From positions 1 to 64,000 of the forward strand of contig CAYTYR010000002.1 in NCBI GenBank assembly GCA_964441745.1: a stretch of DNA of 64,000 bases, read 5' to 3'. This stretch comes from an uncultured Clostridia bacterium. Lineage in GTDB: Bacteria > CAYTYR01 > UBA6262. The notes beneath the pieces were generated by a model, which made no database searches, had not been told where the DNA came from, and saw only the letters and a list, made by a program, of their open reading frames with translations. Positions 29,532 to 38,734 of the stretch are shown in pieces. Position 1 is the first letter of the stretch. Each line of letters begins with the position of its first letter. The position numbers and the translations under genes are program-made.

Positions 29532-30211
29532 TGCCTGGTGGCAGAGCTTGTATTAATATCGCAAATTTAGGAAGAAAACCTTATATACCACTTCATAGCT
29601 ATATAATTGAAGACATGCTTGATATTGGTTATTTGATGCGGGGAGAAATTATTTGGAATAAAGCCTCAAGCGCAAGCCCTTCTACAGCTTGGGGGAGTTG
29701 GAAGTCGGCGGCAAATCCTGTGTTAAGAGATATTCACGAATACATTTTGGTTTTTTCTAAAGAATCATTTTCACGGAAAAAGGATAAGAAGGAAGACACA
29801 ATTCCAAAGGAAAAATTTATTGAATGGACTAAAAGTATATGGACATTTCCTGCTATATCAGCGAGAAGTATTGGGCATCCTGCTCCATTTCCAGAGGAAT
29901 TACCTCATAGATTGATACAAATGTACACTTTTAAAAATGATGTGGTATTAGACCCATTTTGTGGAGCAGGAACAGCTTGCCTTTCCGCGTTAAAGGATGG
30001 CAGGCATTATATCGGGTACGATATTAAAAAAGAATATGTTGATTTGGCAAATCAAAGAATTAAAAAGTATTTGAATCAAATGGGTTTATTTGAGTATAAA
30101 AGTGTCGAGCCGCATTCTTTTGTTGCTGAAAAACAAACAAATAGATATTCGCTAAAAAGAAAAGTAAAAAGAAAAGTAAAAAGAACACGAAGAAAGGTAA
30201 AAATAAATTGA
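29528..30211 (+). pseudogene. 5'-truncated N4/N6 DNA methyltransferase (beta class)
   Basis: PGGRACINIAN, HEYILVF, HPAPFPEEL, VLDPFCGAGT. The N-terminal SPPY catalytic motif is absent and an in-frame TGA lies at 29522. Confidence 0.75.
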
Positions 30212-30234
30212 AGTTTTTACCGAGGAAGGGCTGG

Positions 30235-30840
30235 GTGAAGGGGTATTATTTTGTAACTGATGCCGGATTGAGCCGTGCCGGCGCCTTAGCGGATGTAAAA
30301 AAAGCGATCCAAGCTGGAGTAGAGGTTATCCAATACCGTAATAAAAACGGGAGTACGGCGGAATTATATCGGGAAGCGCTGGCTTTGCGGTGTCTCTGTA
30401 AAAATACTTGTTTACTGATCAATGACCGGGTGGATATCGCCATGGCTGTAGACGCAGACGGTGTCCATTTAGGACAGGAAGATCTGCCGCTTAAGGAAGC
30501 CAGGCGGTTATTAGGCCGGAAGAAGATTATCGGCCTTACGGTCCATTCAGTGCCAGAGGCCAAAGAAGCCGAGGAACAAGGAGCTGATTATCTCGGGGTA
30601 TCGCCGATTTTTACTACCAGGACTAAACTGGACGCCGGCAAGCCGGCTGGATTGTCTTTGCTCCACAAGATCAAGCGGAAAATATCCTTGCCGGTGGTAG
30701 CCATTGGGGGGATTACCTTGGAAAATGCGTCCCAAGTCATTTCTGCCGGCGCTGATAGTGTCTGCGCCATCTCCGCCGTCATCACCAAGCAAGATGTAAA
30801 GAAAGAGATCCTCAAGTTCCAAAAACTATTTAATAAGTAA
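30235..30840 (+). CDS. thiE: Thiamine-phosphate synthase
   Basis: QYRNK, INDRVD, GVHLGQED, TRTK, AIGGIT. Confidence 0.93.
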   Translation: MKGYYFVTDAGLSRAGALADVKKAIQAGVEVIQYRNKNGSTAELYREALALRCLCKNTCLLINDRVDIAMAVDADGVHLGQEDLPLKEARRLLGRKKIIGLTVHSVPEAKEAEEQGADYLGVSPIFTTRTKLDAGKPAGLSLLHKIKRKISLPVVAIGGITLENASQVISAGADSVCAISAVITKQDVKKEILKFQKLFNK

Positions 30841-30844
30841 GTTT

Positions 30845-30882
30845 TTAATCTGTGTAATCGCTGTAAAAAATCTGTGTAATCA
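30845..30882 (+). repeat. AATCTGTGTAATC repeat (family C)
   Basis: Two tandem AATCTGTGTAATC copies. Confidence 0.6.
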
Positions 30883-30901
30883 TTTTCACGGAGTGAAAAA
30901 A

Positions 30902-32833
30902 ATGGAACAGCTGCCCCAACCAAAATTTAAACTGGAAGTCCCTGGCTCTGATACGGTTGTCGATTACCGTCTCTATGGAGAGTTCAAGAATGTGGGGACC
31001 TTTGAGTATGAATACCTGATCAAAGATAAACCTGGTTTAGCTAAGGCCGTTGGACAGGGCATTTTCCCTCATAAGTATGATTATAGCCAGGATTCCTACT
31101 ACCAGAACATGAAAAACAAAGGTTTATTGGAAGGCAACCCCTGGGACCATATTTATACTGACAATCCGCAAGCTGATTTTTTTATCTGGGCGACTACCGA
31201 TAATGTTGAACGGGGAGTGCGCCAGTTCTTTATCGGGGAGATTTTCCACCATGCCGGGTTGATTTCCCAGGCGGTAAAAGCATTTTATGCGGCCCTGGTC
31301 CATTATCCGCGCAGTATCTGCTGGTCCAATGACAACCGCAGTTTCTTCTGGTTTGTTGGCCAGGCGGCTATTGTGAAGATTAGCCATCTTTGCCGGCAAT
31401 ATCCGGATCTGGGGGTAAGGTTGGAAGGCGCTGATTTTAATATTGGCGGCCATCGCGAATTTCCCATGCGTAATCTTGACCTGGGCAAGGAAAAGATCGA
31501 GATTATGCCTGGATTTTTCACGCCGTGGGGCAGGAATGAGCGGATGAAGGAAGAAAAAGATCTAAACAACATGGAAGTAATCAAAACAGTAGGCTCTGGG
31601 AAAGTCCAATTGGTGCAATTTGGCAACCGGCATTGGCAGATGAGAGTCGAGGGCAAACCGTTCTTTGTCAAAGGGATCACCTATGCACCGACCAAAGTTG
31701 GAGAAACACCTTTCCCGGAAACCTTAGCCAGGTTCCCTCAGGCTGTGCCCAAAGCCAACTGGATGTGGCAGGATAGCAATAATAACGGCAAGATCGATGC
31801 TCCATATGAAAGCTGGGTTGACAAGAACCGCAACCGGATACAGGATGAGGATGAACCGGTAATGGGGGATTTTAAGTTGCTGAAAGAGATGGGCTGTAAT
31901 TGCCTCCGTTTTTATCATGAGCCGGAACATAATAAATACAACTATGCCTATATTAATAAGCCGTTGCTCAGGGATATGTATCTGAATTATGGAATTCGGG
32001 TGGCGCTGGGAGATTTCCTGGGAGCGTATGGCCTGGGTTCAGGGGCGGATCCAGCCAATGGCACAGATTATACTGATCCAACCCAATGCGCCAGGATGAA
32101 AAAAATAGTGGAAGACCTGGTCCTGGACAATAAGGATGAGCCCTACGTATTATTGTGGATCCTGGGGAACGAAAATAATATGCCGGATAGCAATAGCATC
32201 AATGCGGTCCGGACCAATGCTTATGCCAATCCTACGGCTTATCTTAATTTTGTCAATGAAGTAGCCCAAATGATCCACCAGCTTGATCCGAATCATCCCA
32301 TAGCTATCTGTAATAATGATGTGATCCATCTTAGTCATTTCCGGGAACTGGCTCCGGATATTGATATTTTTGGCGTTAACGCCTATAAAGGATCAGAAGG
32401 ATTTGGCGAATTATGGCAGCAAGTATACCGGATCTATGACAAACCGATATTAATGACTGAATATGGCTGTGATTGCTATCATCCCGGACAGGGAGTAAAC
32501 GAAGGGGAGCAGGCTATTTATCATGAAGCCTGCTGGAAAGATATTCTTTATAACCGTGCCGGCCGCGGCGGATATGGGAATTCTATCGGCGGTATTGTTT
32601 TTGAATGGCTTGATGAATGGTGGAAGTCCAACCGTGACACCTCGCCCTTTGAGCATGATACCACCCACAATGAATTATTTATTTTGCCTGATGGGACGAT
32701 CAGCGAGGAATGGTTTGGCCTCTGCGGCCAGGGCGATGGCAAGCAATCGCCCTTCTTGCGGGAATTGCGCCGGGCCTACTATCTCTATAAGACAATGTGG
32801 ACGGAGTGGCCGCTCTGGGAACAAAAAAAATAG
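30902..32833 (+). CDS. Clan GH-A glycoside hydrolase (GH2-like TIM barrel)
   Basis: KPFFVKGITY, ILGNE acid/base, GVNAY, MTEYG nucleophile, FEWLDEWWK. Confidence 0.8.
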   Translation: MEQLPQPKFKLEVPGSDTVVDYRLYGEFKNVGTFEYEYLIKDKPGLAKAVGQGIFPHKYDYSQDSYYQNMKNKGLLEGNPWDHIYTDNPQADFFIWATTDNVERGVRQFFIGEIFHHAGLISQAVKAFYAALVHYPRSICWSNDNRSFFWFVGQAAIVKISHLCRQYPDLGVRLEGADFNIGGHREFPMRNLDLGKEKIEIMPGFFTPWGRNERMKEEKDLNNMEVIKTVGSGKVQLVQFGNRHWQMRVEGKPFFVKGITYAPTKVGETPFPETLARFPQAVPKANWMWQDSNNNGKIDAPYESWVDKNRNRIQDEDEPVMGDFKLLKEMGCNCLRFYHEPEHNKYNYAYINKPLLRDMYLNYGIRVALGDFLGAYGLGSGADPANGTDYTDPTQCARMKKIVEDLVLDNKDEPYVLLWILGNENNMPDSNSINAVRTNAYANPTAYLNFVNEVAQMIHQLDPNHPIAICNNDVIHLSHFRELAPDIDIFGVNAYKGSEGFGELWQQVYRIYDKPILMTEYGCDCYHPGQGVNEGEQAIYHEACWKDILYNRAGRGGYGNSIGGIVFEWLDEWWKSNRDTSPFEHDTTHNELFILPDGTISEEWFGLCGQGDGKQSPFLRELRRAYYLYKTMWTEWPLWEQKK

Positions 32834-32842
32834 GAGTTGGCA

Positions 32843-34495
32843 ATGAGTATGGTTATTGGGTTGGTATTTTGGCTGGTCATAATTTATCTTATAGTCAGGA
32901 GATTCACTGGCGCTAACAAGAAACATTATGCCTGGCTGCAAAAACAAATAATTGACTGGGAAAACAGGAAGCTTATTTCCGTGGAACAAAGCGCCGGTAT
33001 TTTAGCCTCCTATAATTTCCCGCGGGCCGATGTTTCGAAAAAGATGGATATCGTAAAAATATTAACGCTCATTGGCGCGATTTTTGTCGGCGTGGGCGTT
33101 GTTTTTATGGTCGCCAGTAATTGGCAGGAAATACCCAAGGAAGTCCGCACGATTATGCTCTTAGGGATTACGTTAGGAACGTTATATGCGGGGTATTACT
33201 ATTCTTATGAAAGAACAGACTACCCGTTGCTGGGCAAAAGCCTGTTCTTACTATCCGGCTTGTTCTGGGGCGGCAGTATTGCTTTGATCGCCCAAATCTA
33301 CAATATTCCCACCTCCAAGAACTGGCTTATCCTGCTGGTCTGGGCGTTCCCTCTCTTGCCGGTCGCGTACTTCTTTGAAAATGATTATACCTATATTTTA
33401 TCTTCTGCCTTGTTCCTGGTCTGGAATCTTTCCTATAGCGCCAGTAACAACGTGGCTAATTACTTTTACCCTGTCCTGGTTTTTCTTATGCTCTTGCCGC
33501 TGGCCCAGCTGTTTATCAAGTGGGAATGGGTCAATGTTTTAGGTTTGGTTGTTGCCGCCGTATACGGTGTTTTCCTGAAGTATGAATATCTTGTGCTGAT
33601 AAACAGCGTTGGTTTATTAGTATATTATATATGGTTCCGGAAGCAAGAGCTGTACTTGCTAGCCAGTTCCCTGTGTTTCTGTATCTGGCTGGTAACGTTC
33701 TTTCTGATCCGGGGAAGTGTTCCTAATTATTACTTTTTAGTACCTCTGTCCATCCTCTTTTATTTGTCTTATCAAGCCAAATCCCGGGTGGCTGTGGCGC
33801 TTAACCTGGCCAGCGCCTTAGTCTGGTTAAACCTGGTGTTAGCTATTTACCTGAATATTTCCAGGCAATCGTATAATGTAATAGCCTATTGTCTCTTGCA
33901 TTCTTTGGCCGGGATAGTTTTGTTTGCCGTTGGTATGCTGCATAGGTACTGGAATGAAGAATATTCACCCTTGTATAAGATTACAGGTTTTGCCCTGTCT
34001 TTCGCCGGCTTTTACATCTTAGCTTTTAAACAGGTATTCGCTCTGTCGCCCAATCCCGGGCAAGGGGTGTTCTTTTTCGCGTCATTAATAATATTTGTGG
34101 CCTTGACAATGGTCCTGGCGATACTGGGATTAAAAGGTTATTTTAGTGATAAAAGCGGTAAATTGCAGTTGACCGGGTTGCTCCTGTCCGTGGCTGTCAG
34201 CATGCTGATCTTATTAAATCCGGAGCAAGTATTGCTGAATACCGTAATGGCTAACATTGTTTTGGTCGCTTTTGCCGTTCTTTGTATCTTTATTGGAGTG
34301 GAAGAGCAAACCCCTTCATTGTTTAACGCGGGGATAGTATTTTTTGTCTTATTTGTTATCACCCGGTATGTTGATATTTTCTGGAAACTAAAGGAAAAGT
34401 CTGTTTTCTTTGTGCTCAGCGGTCTGATCTTGATCTTTGGCGGCGTATATTTGGAAAAAAAGCGTCGGCAGATCGTTGAAAGGATCAAAGGCTAA
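32843..34495 (+). CDS. DUF2157-type membrane protein
   Basis: IGAIFVGVG..ASNWQ, ALIAQIY, many TM helices; precedes a GDYXXLXY gene. Confidence 0.8.
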   Translation: MSMVIGLVFWLVIIYLIVRRFTGANKKHYAWLQKQIIDWENRKLISVEQSAGILASYNFPRADVSKKMDIVKILTLIGAIFVGVGVVFMVASNWQEIPKEVRTIMLLGITLGTLYAGYYYSYERTDYPLLGKSLFLLSGLFWGGSIALIAQIYNIPTSKNWLILLVWAFPLLPVAYFFENDYTYILSSALFLVWNLSYSASNNVANYFYPVLVFLMLLPLAQLFIKWEWVNVLGLVVAAVYGVFLKYEYLVLINSVGLLVYYIWFRKQELYLLASSLCFCIWLVTFFLIRGSVPNYYFLVPLSILFYLSYQAKSRVAVALNLASALVWLNLVLAIYLNISRQSYNVIAYCLLHSLAGIVLFAVGMLHRYWNEEYSPLYKITGFALSFAGFYILAFKQVFALSPNPGQGVFFFASLIIFVALTMVLAILGLKGYFSDKSGKLQLTGLLLSVAVSMLILLNPEQVLLNTVMANIVLVAFAVLCIFIGVEEQTPSLFNAGIVFFVLFVITRYVDIFWKLKEKSVFFVLSGLILIFGGVYLEKKRRQIVERIKG

Positions 34496-35031
34496 TGAGT
34501 AAAAAAACCATTGTTTTTATTATCGCGGCGGCCTGGTTCTTGATCGCTTTGGTTATTATCATTTCCAAAGAACATCTTCTTTCCACTGGCCAGGCTATTC
34601 TTCTGGAGACAGTACCGGTTGATCCCCGCGATATGCTGCGGGGTGATTATGTTATCTTGAATTATAAAATAAGCACTATTAACCTATCCCAGGTAACCAG
34701 TGAGCTCAATAGCTATTCCGCCGGGCAGTATGTCATGATTAAACTGGAACCAGAGGGGAAATTATGGCAGCCAAAGGCTGTCTGGGTCAAGAATGCTCCT
34801 GCCGGAGGGGTGAGTATCAGGGGAAAAGTTAAAAGCAGCCTGGGGGCGCAGCTCCGGCTTGAATATGGGCTGGAAAGTTATTTTGTGCCGGAAGGAAAGG
34901 GTTCCAAAATAGAGGAATATTTAAGAAGAAACTCAGCGGGAATGGTGACCGTAGAAATAATCGTGGATAATAAAGGCCGGGCCATGATCAAGCAGATATT
35001 AATTAATGAAGCGCCGGTCCAGTTTAATTAA
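34495..35031 (+). CDS. GDYXXLXY domain protein
   Basis: PVDPRDMLRGDYVILNY, YGLESYFVPEGKG. Confidence 0.9.
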   Translation: MSKKTIVFIIAAAWFLIALVIIISKEHLLSTGQAILLETVPVDPRDMLRGDYVILNYKISTINLSQVTSELNSYSAGQYVMIKLEPEGKLWQPKAVWVKNAPAGGVSIRGKVKSSLGAQLRLEYGLESYFVPEGKGSKIEEYLRRNSAGMVTVEIIVDNKGRAMIKQILINEAPVQFN

Positions 35032-35378
35032 GAAATATCCATATCAGAACTGACTGACATGGAATTGATAGTGTCAACCAGTTGCTTAAGATGGTAGGCA
35101 TTATAATTGGTAATTTCTACGCCGATATGATAACCGTCAGGAGAACTATTGACATACTTGATCTCACCCATGATACTGGAGAACTTTTTCCCATCTTTGA
35201 AATCAAAGTTCATATTGATAATCTTGCCCTTGGTATAATGAGTGGAGGTTAAGATGCCCGCGCCCTGCAGGTTTATATCCATGATCGTACCGCTGAATTT
35301 GACCTCAGCCTGGAAGTTATCGTTAAAAGTTACCGGTAATTTAGCTTTGTAGCGGGGCAATTTACGTTTTTCAGTCAC
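35028..35378 (-). CDS. PilZ domain protein
   Basis: RKLPR (RxxxR) and DINLQG motifs. Confidence 0.8.
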   Translation of the reverse strand: MTEKRKLPRYKAKLPVTFNDNFQAEVKFSGTIMDINLQGAGILTSTHYTKGKIINMNFDFKDGKKFSSIMGEIKYVNSSPDGYHIGVEITNYNAYHLKQLVDTINSMSVSSDMDIS

Positions 35379-35485
35379 AACTATTGTCCTTTCCTTGTGA
35401 GTAGATATATTTTTTTACCTTATTTGACCGCTTAGTGTCAAGAAATATTACTGAGAGCCTGATTAACCAAGGGAGATCATAAAGT

Positions 35486-36139
35486 ATGGAAACCAAAACA
35501 ACTATTTCAAAATTTAAACAGTATTTTCTTTCCGGCGTCGCGATTATGTTCCCGGTTTTTGTGACCTTATGGGTATTAAAGATCCTCTTCCAGGTCTCAG
35601 ACGGGTTCCTGGGCAGTTTTGTTAATGATTATCTTTATGCCGAGTATGGGTACTATATTCCCGGCCTGGGTATCCTGATCATGGTCTCCTTGATCGTCTT
35701 GGCAGGGTATCTTACTAATAAAGTATTTGCCCGCCGGTTTTTCCCGAAGATGGAGCGCTGGCTCCTGAAGTTTCCTCTGGTTCGTAATATTTATCCTTCG
35801 GCCAAGCAGTTAAGCAAGTTCTTTTTTAATGAATCCAGCAAGGCCAAATTCAGCCGGGCTGCCCTGGTCCATTGGCCGCACCAGGATTGCTTGACTTTGG
35901 GCTTTATCATGAATGAAGGGATTACTTGCACCGCTAATTATGGCGGACAGAATTTTTATACCGTGTATGTACCCACCGTTCCTAATCCTCTGACCGGCTT
36001 TATCAGTCTGTACCGAGTAGAAGATACTATTCTGCTGGACATGTCGGTTGATGAAGCCCTGAAAGTGATTATTTCCGGCGGGGTGATCTCTCCGAAAAAC
36101 TTCACGGTTCAGCCCCCAGCGGTCCCCCCGGTACAGTAA
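35486..36139 (+). CDS. DUF502 membrane protein
   Basis: IPGLG, PLVRNIY, VYVPTVPNPLTGF, IISGG. Confidence 0.88.
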   Translation: METKTTISKFKQYFLSGVAIMFPVFVTLWVLKILFQVSDGFLGSFVNDYLYAEYGYYIPGLGILIMVSLIVLAGYLTNKVFARRFFPKMERWLLKFPLVRNIYPSAKQLSKFFFNESSKAKFSRAALVHWPHQDCLTLGFIMNEGITCTANYGGQNFYTVYVPTVPNPLTGFISLYRVEDTILLDMSVDEALKVIISGGVISPKNFTVQPPAVPPVQ

Positions 36140-36145
36140 TAATAC

Positions 36146-36191
36146 TTGACAAGTTAATAGCAATATGTTATATATGCTTATATTCGAATAT
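36146..36191 (+). promoter_or_regulatory. Promoter with probable ArsR-family operator
   Basis: TTGACA-N17-TATATA with an extended TG; ATATGC-N8-GAATAT inverted repeat next to the -10. Confidence 0.55.
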
Positions 36192-36214
36192 GTTAATATC
36201 TAAGGGAGTGCGCA

Positions 36215-36481
36215 GTGGCTCAAGAGCGGTTTAAGAAACAAGCCCGATTATTCAAGATCCTGGCGAATCCAGTCCGTCTGGAATTACTGCATACCTTGTC
36301 CCAAAGGAAAGTTTGCGTTAACTCCTTGAGTGAACTGGTGTCCAGGCGGCAGGCTAATATTAGCCAGCATTTAAGCATTATGCGGAATATGGGTATCATC
36401 GATAGCCAGCGGTCCGGTAAGAAACTGTGTTATTTCATTACCAACCGGGAAGTGAAAAAATTAGTTGAAAAAATAAGGTAA
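36215..36481 (+). CDS. ArsR/SmtB family transcriptional regulator
   Basis: FKILANPVRL, CVNSL, ISQHLSIMR, R.GK..Y. Confidence 0.9.
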   Translation: MAQERFKKQARLFKILANPVRLELLHTLSQRKVCVNSLSELVSRRQANISQHLSIMRNMGIIDSQRSGKKLCYFITNREVKKLVEKIR

Positions 36482-36493
36482 GAGAATAGCCCC

Positions 36494-36519
36494 CCTAGTT
36501 TCTAACGAAACTGGGCAGG
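36494..36519 (-). mobile_element. CCTG-hairpin micro-element
   Basis: Minus strand CCTG-CCCAGTTTC-GTTA-GAAACTAGG. Confidence 0.45.
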
Positions 36520-36545
36520 GGGTAAACTATGTTTAGGAGGAGAAC

Positions 36546-36869
36546 ATGAGTAACGAAGTGATCTTAAGTGAGGCCACCTTTGAACAGGAAGTATTGCAGG
36601 CAGACAAGCCGGTGCTAGTTGATTTTTGGGCATCCTGGTGCGGCCCGTGCCAGATGCTGGGCCCGACCATAGAGGAAATAGCCAGGGATTTTGCCGGCAA
36701 GGCCAAAGTCTGCAAGCTGAATACTGATGAAAACGAGGCTATTTCCGCCAAATACCAGATCAGTGCCATTCCGACTTTACTGTTTTTCAAAGGCGGGCAG
36801 TTGGTAGACAAAAGTATCGGTGTGGCTAATAAAAAAGCTATTGCTGATAAATTGACTAAGCTGCTTTAA
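36546..36869 (+). CDS. trxA: Thioredoxin
   Basis: VDFWASWCGPC. Confidence 0.95.
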   Translation: MSNEVILSEATFEQEVLQADKPVLVDFWASWCGPCQMLGPTIEEIARDFAGKAKVCKLNTDENEAISAKYQISAIPTLLFFKGGQLVDKSIGVANKKAIADKLTKLL

Positions 36870-36871
36870 GT

Positions 36872-36918
36872 TCAGATTACACAGATTACAAAGCAAGATT
36901 ACACCGATTAGAACAGAT
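36872..36918 (-). repeat. GATTACACAGATT repeat (family C, reverse orientation)
   Basis: GATTACACAGATTAC..GATTACACCGATT. Confidence 0.6.
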
Positions 36919-36924
36919 AAGGAA

Positions 36925-37209
36925 ATGGTGATGGCTAAAGATTTGGAACAGGAAAAAGAGCAGGTCAGGAAGTTTGCCAGGCGCTATTGTGAAATGACTG
37001 GGTATCAGCTCAATCCTGAAGAAAAAATAGCGGAGATGATCATGGAAGGGTTGGCCAGGAACCGGGTGAATAAAGGTTTCCAGTATTGCCCTTGCCGTCC
37101 TTTGACCGGTGATCCGGAGCAGGATAAATTAAAGATTTGTCCCTGTAAGTGGCACCAGGATGAAATTGCCGCTGACGGCCATTGCCATTGCCAACTGTTC
37201 TATAAGTAA
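36925..37209 (+). CDS. Ferredoxin:thioredoxin reductase catalytic subunit
   Basis: YCPCR..ICPC..GHCHCQLF motif set. Confidence 0.88.
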   Translation: MVMAKDLEQEKEQVRKFARRYCEMTGYQLNPEEKIAEMIMEGLARNRVNKGFQYCPCRPLTGDPEQDKLKICPCKWHQDEIAADGHCHCQLFYK

Positions 37210-37210
37210 A

Positions 37211-37331
37211 ATAAGTTAGCGGTGTGGGGTTTTAGGTTTTGGAAGTAGGTTTGGTCTGAAGTTTGAGGAAGTTGGGCTTGAAGACATAAAACTTACTTCC
37301 CACTTCCATACTTACTTCCACACCATCTAAC
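37211..37331 (-). repeat. ~115-bp palindromic dispersed element (family B)
   Basis: Shares TAGGTTTTGGAAGTAGGTTT.GTCTGAA and ACTTCCATACTTAC with the reverse complement of 42761-42875. Confidence 0.7.
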
Positions 37332-37337
37332 CTGTTA

Positions 37338-37733
37338 CTATCGCTTCTTATCTGCTTTTTCCTTTTTCTTTATAGCATGCCAGTTCCTGACCACTTCAGC
37401 GGCATCTTTCACTTTTACTTTGCCAAAAACATGAGGATGCCGCCTTTTTAATTTCCTGGTCAAGCCTCTGATCACGTCCTTTATATCAAACTCGCCATTT
37501 TCCCTGGCTATTTGCGCATGAAAAACGACCTGCAACAGTACATCCCCAAGTTCTTCCTGCAAATGTTCCGGGTCTCCCTCATCGATAGCTTCCAATACTT
37601 CCCGGGTTTCTTCCCGCAGATACTTTTTTAAGGTCTGGTGGGTCTGGCGCTTATCCCAGGGACAGCCCTGTGGCGAACGCAGCAGGGCCATCACCCTGAT
37701 CAATTCATTAAACGGAACTCTTGTTTTTTTCAT
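37338..37733 (-). CDS. mazG: MazG family nucleotide pyrophosphohydrolase (single domain)
   Basis: [36 protein letters not shown]. Confidence 0.9.
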   Translation of the reverse strand: MKKTRVPFNELIRVMALLRSPQGCPWDKRQTHQTLKKYLREETREVLEAIDEGDPEHLQEELGDVLLQVVFHAQIARENGEFDIKDVIRGLTRKLKRRHPHVFGKVKVKDAAEVVRNWHAIKKKEKADKKR

Positions 37734-37795
37734 AATGCCTGATTTATAGCATTATTTTTCTTGAATTTCAATACATAATGTGTTAAAAAAATAAT

Positions 37796-38647
37796 ATGAG
37801 AAAATTACTTATTTCTATTGTTCTGTTCAGCTGTTTTTTACCGGGTGTGTCTTTAGTTGCCGAAGAGCAACCCGGTCCTCTACCCCAGGGGCAGCTTTTT
37901 TTGCGGCAGAGAACAGATATCCAGCTCCTGAACCTGGTTAATAGTCTCTATCTGACCAACCCCCAGATGCAGCTTATCCTGGAACGGGCGAAAATGGCCC
38001 GGATCATGAGCCGGCTTTATGATCTTAGGTCAGAAGAACTATTACAGGCGCTTAATCCTCAGCTGTTAAAGCTAAAAGATACCCTGGCCGCAGGCCAGGA
38101 GGTGCCTGCGGAGCTAAAAGAAGCCGTGAACAAGACCAAGCAGGAATTCGAAACAGTTAAAGGAAATTACGAAAAACAAAGGTTAAAATTAGCGGCTGAG
38201 GTCAAAGAGGTCCTGGATGGAGGGCAATTATATATTATTGATAATTATCAGCCATGCTTAGCGCCGCCGCCTGGGCCTGGTTTGATCGGCCAGGCTAAGA
38301 AAATTGCAGGAGCGGAGAAGATGCTGGCTAAGGTCAGGGCCCTGCCCCAGGCAAAATATGACCGCCGGAAAAAAAGATTAGCTGGCCAGATCATCGGACA
38401 AGCCAGGAAGAAAATGCCGGCAGGCTTTATTATTGATGAAGAGAAGGAAACAACCAGGATTATTGCTTTTTTTGAGGAAGCCCGGAAGATGGATGAGGTG
38501 TCCTTTAACTTACACCGCGAGGAATTATTGACAGCTTTCAAGAGCGCCTATGTCATACCTAAACTGCCGATCGATATTACAGTTAAAATTGACAAATTTC
38601 TCTTGGATGAAAATATCATTCCCCTCTTGAAACAACGCCTGCCGTAA
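37796..38647 (+). CDS. Exported hypothetical protein
   Basis: Signal peptide; helical 283-aa ORF. Confidence 0.7.
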   Translation: MRKLLISIVLFSCFLPGVSLVAEEQPGPLPQGQLFLRQRTDIQLLNLVNSLYLTNPQMQLILERAKMARIMSRLYDLRSEELLQALNPQLLKLKDTLAAGQEVPAELKEAVNKTKQEFETVKGNYEKQRLKLAAEVKEVLDGGQLYIIDNYQPCLAPPPGPGLIGQAKKIAGAEKMLAKVRALPQAKYDRRKKRLAGQIIGQARKKMPAGFIIDEEKETTRIIAFFEEARKMDEVSFNLHREELLTAFKSAYVIPKLPIDITVKIDKFLLDENIIPLLKQRLP

Positions 38648-38672
38648 GCCATCTGCCCCGCAGGGAAAAATC

Positions 38673-38701
38673 TTGACAGAGGACCTGAAAAGGGATATAA
38701 T
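38673..38701 (+). promoter_or_regulatory. Consensus sigma70 promoter of the rnf operon
   Basis: TTGACA-N17-TATAAT. Confidence 0.85.
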
Positions 38702-38734
38702 TTAAAATCAATTGCACAATGGAGGTTTGTCAGA

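Noticed and set aside
38638-38664. CCTGCCG...CTGCCCCGCAGG as another CCTG micro-element
   Set aside because: The stem is short and ambiguous, and no empty site can be reconstructed.
38702-38719. Possible Rex site at the rnf promoter (TTAAAATCAATTGCACAA)
   Set aside because: Only the right half-site resembles the consensus; 5 mismatches overall.
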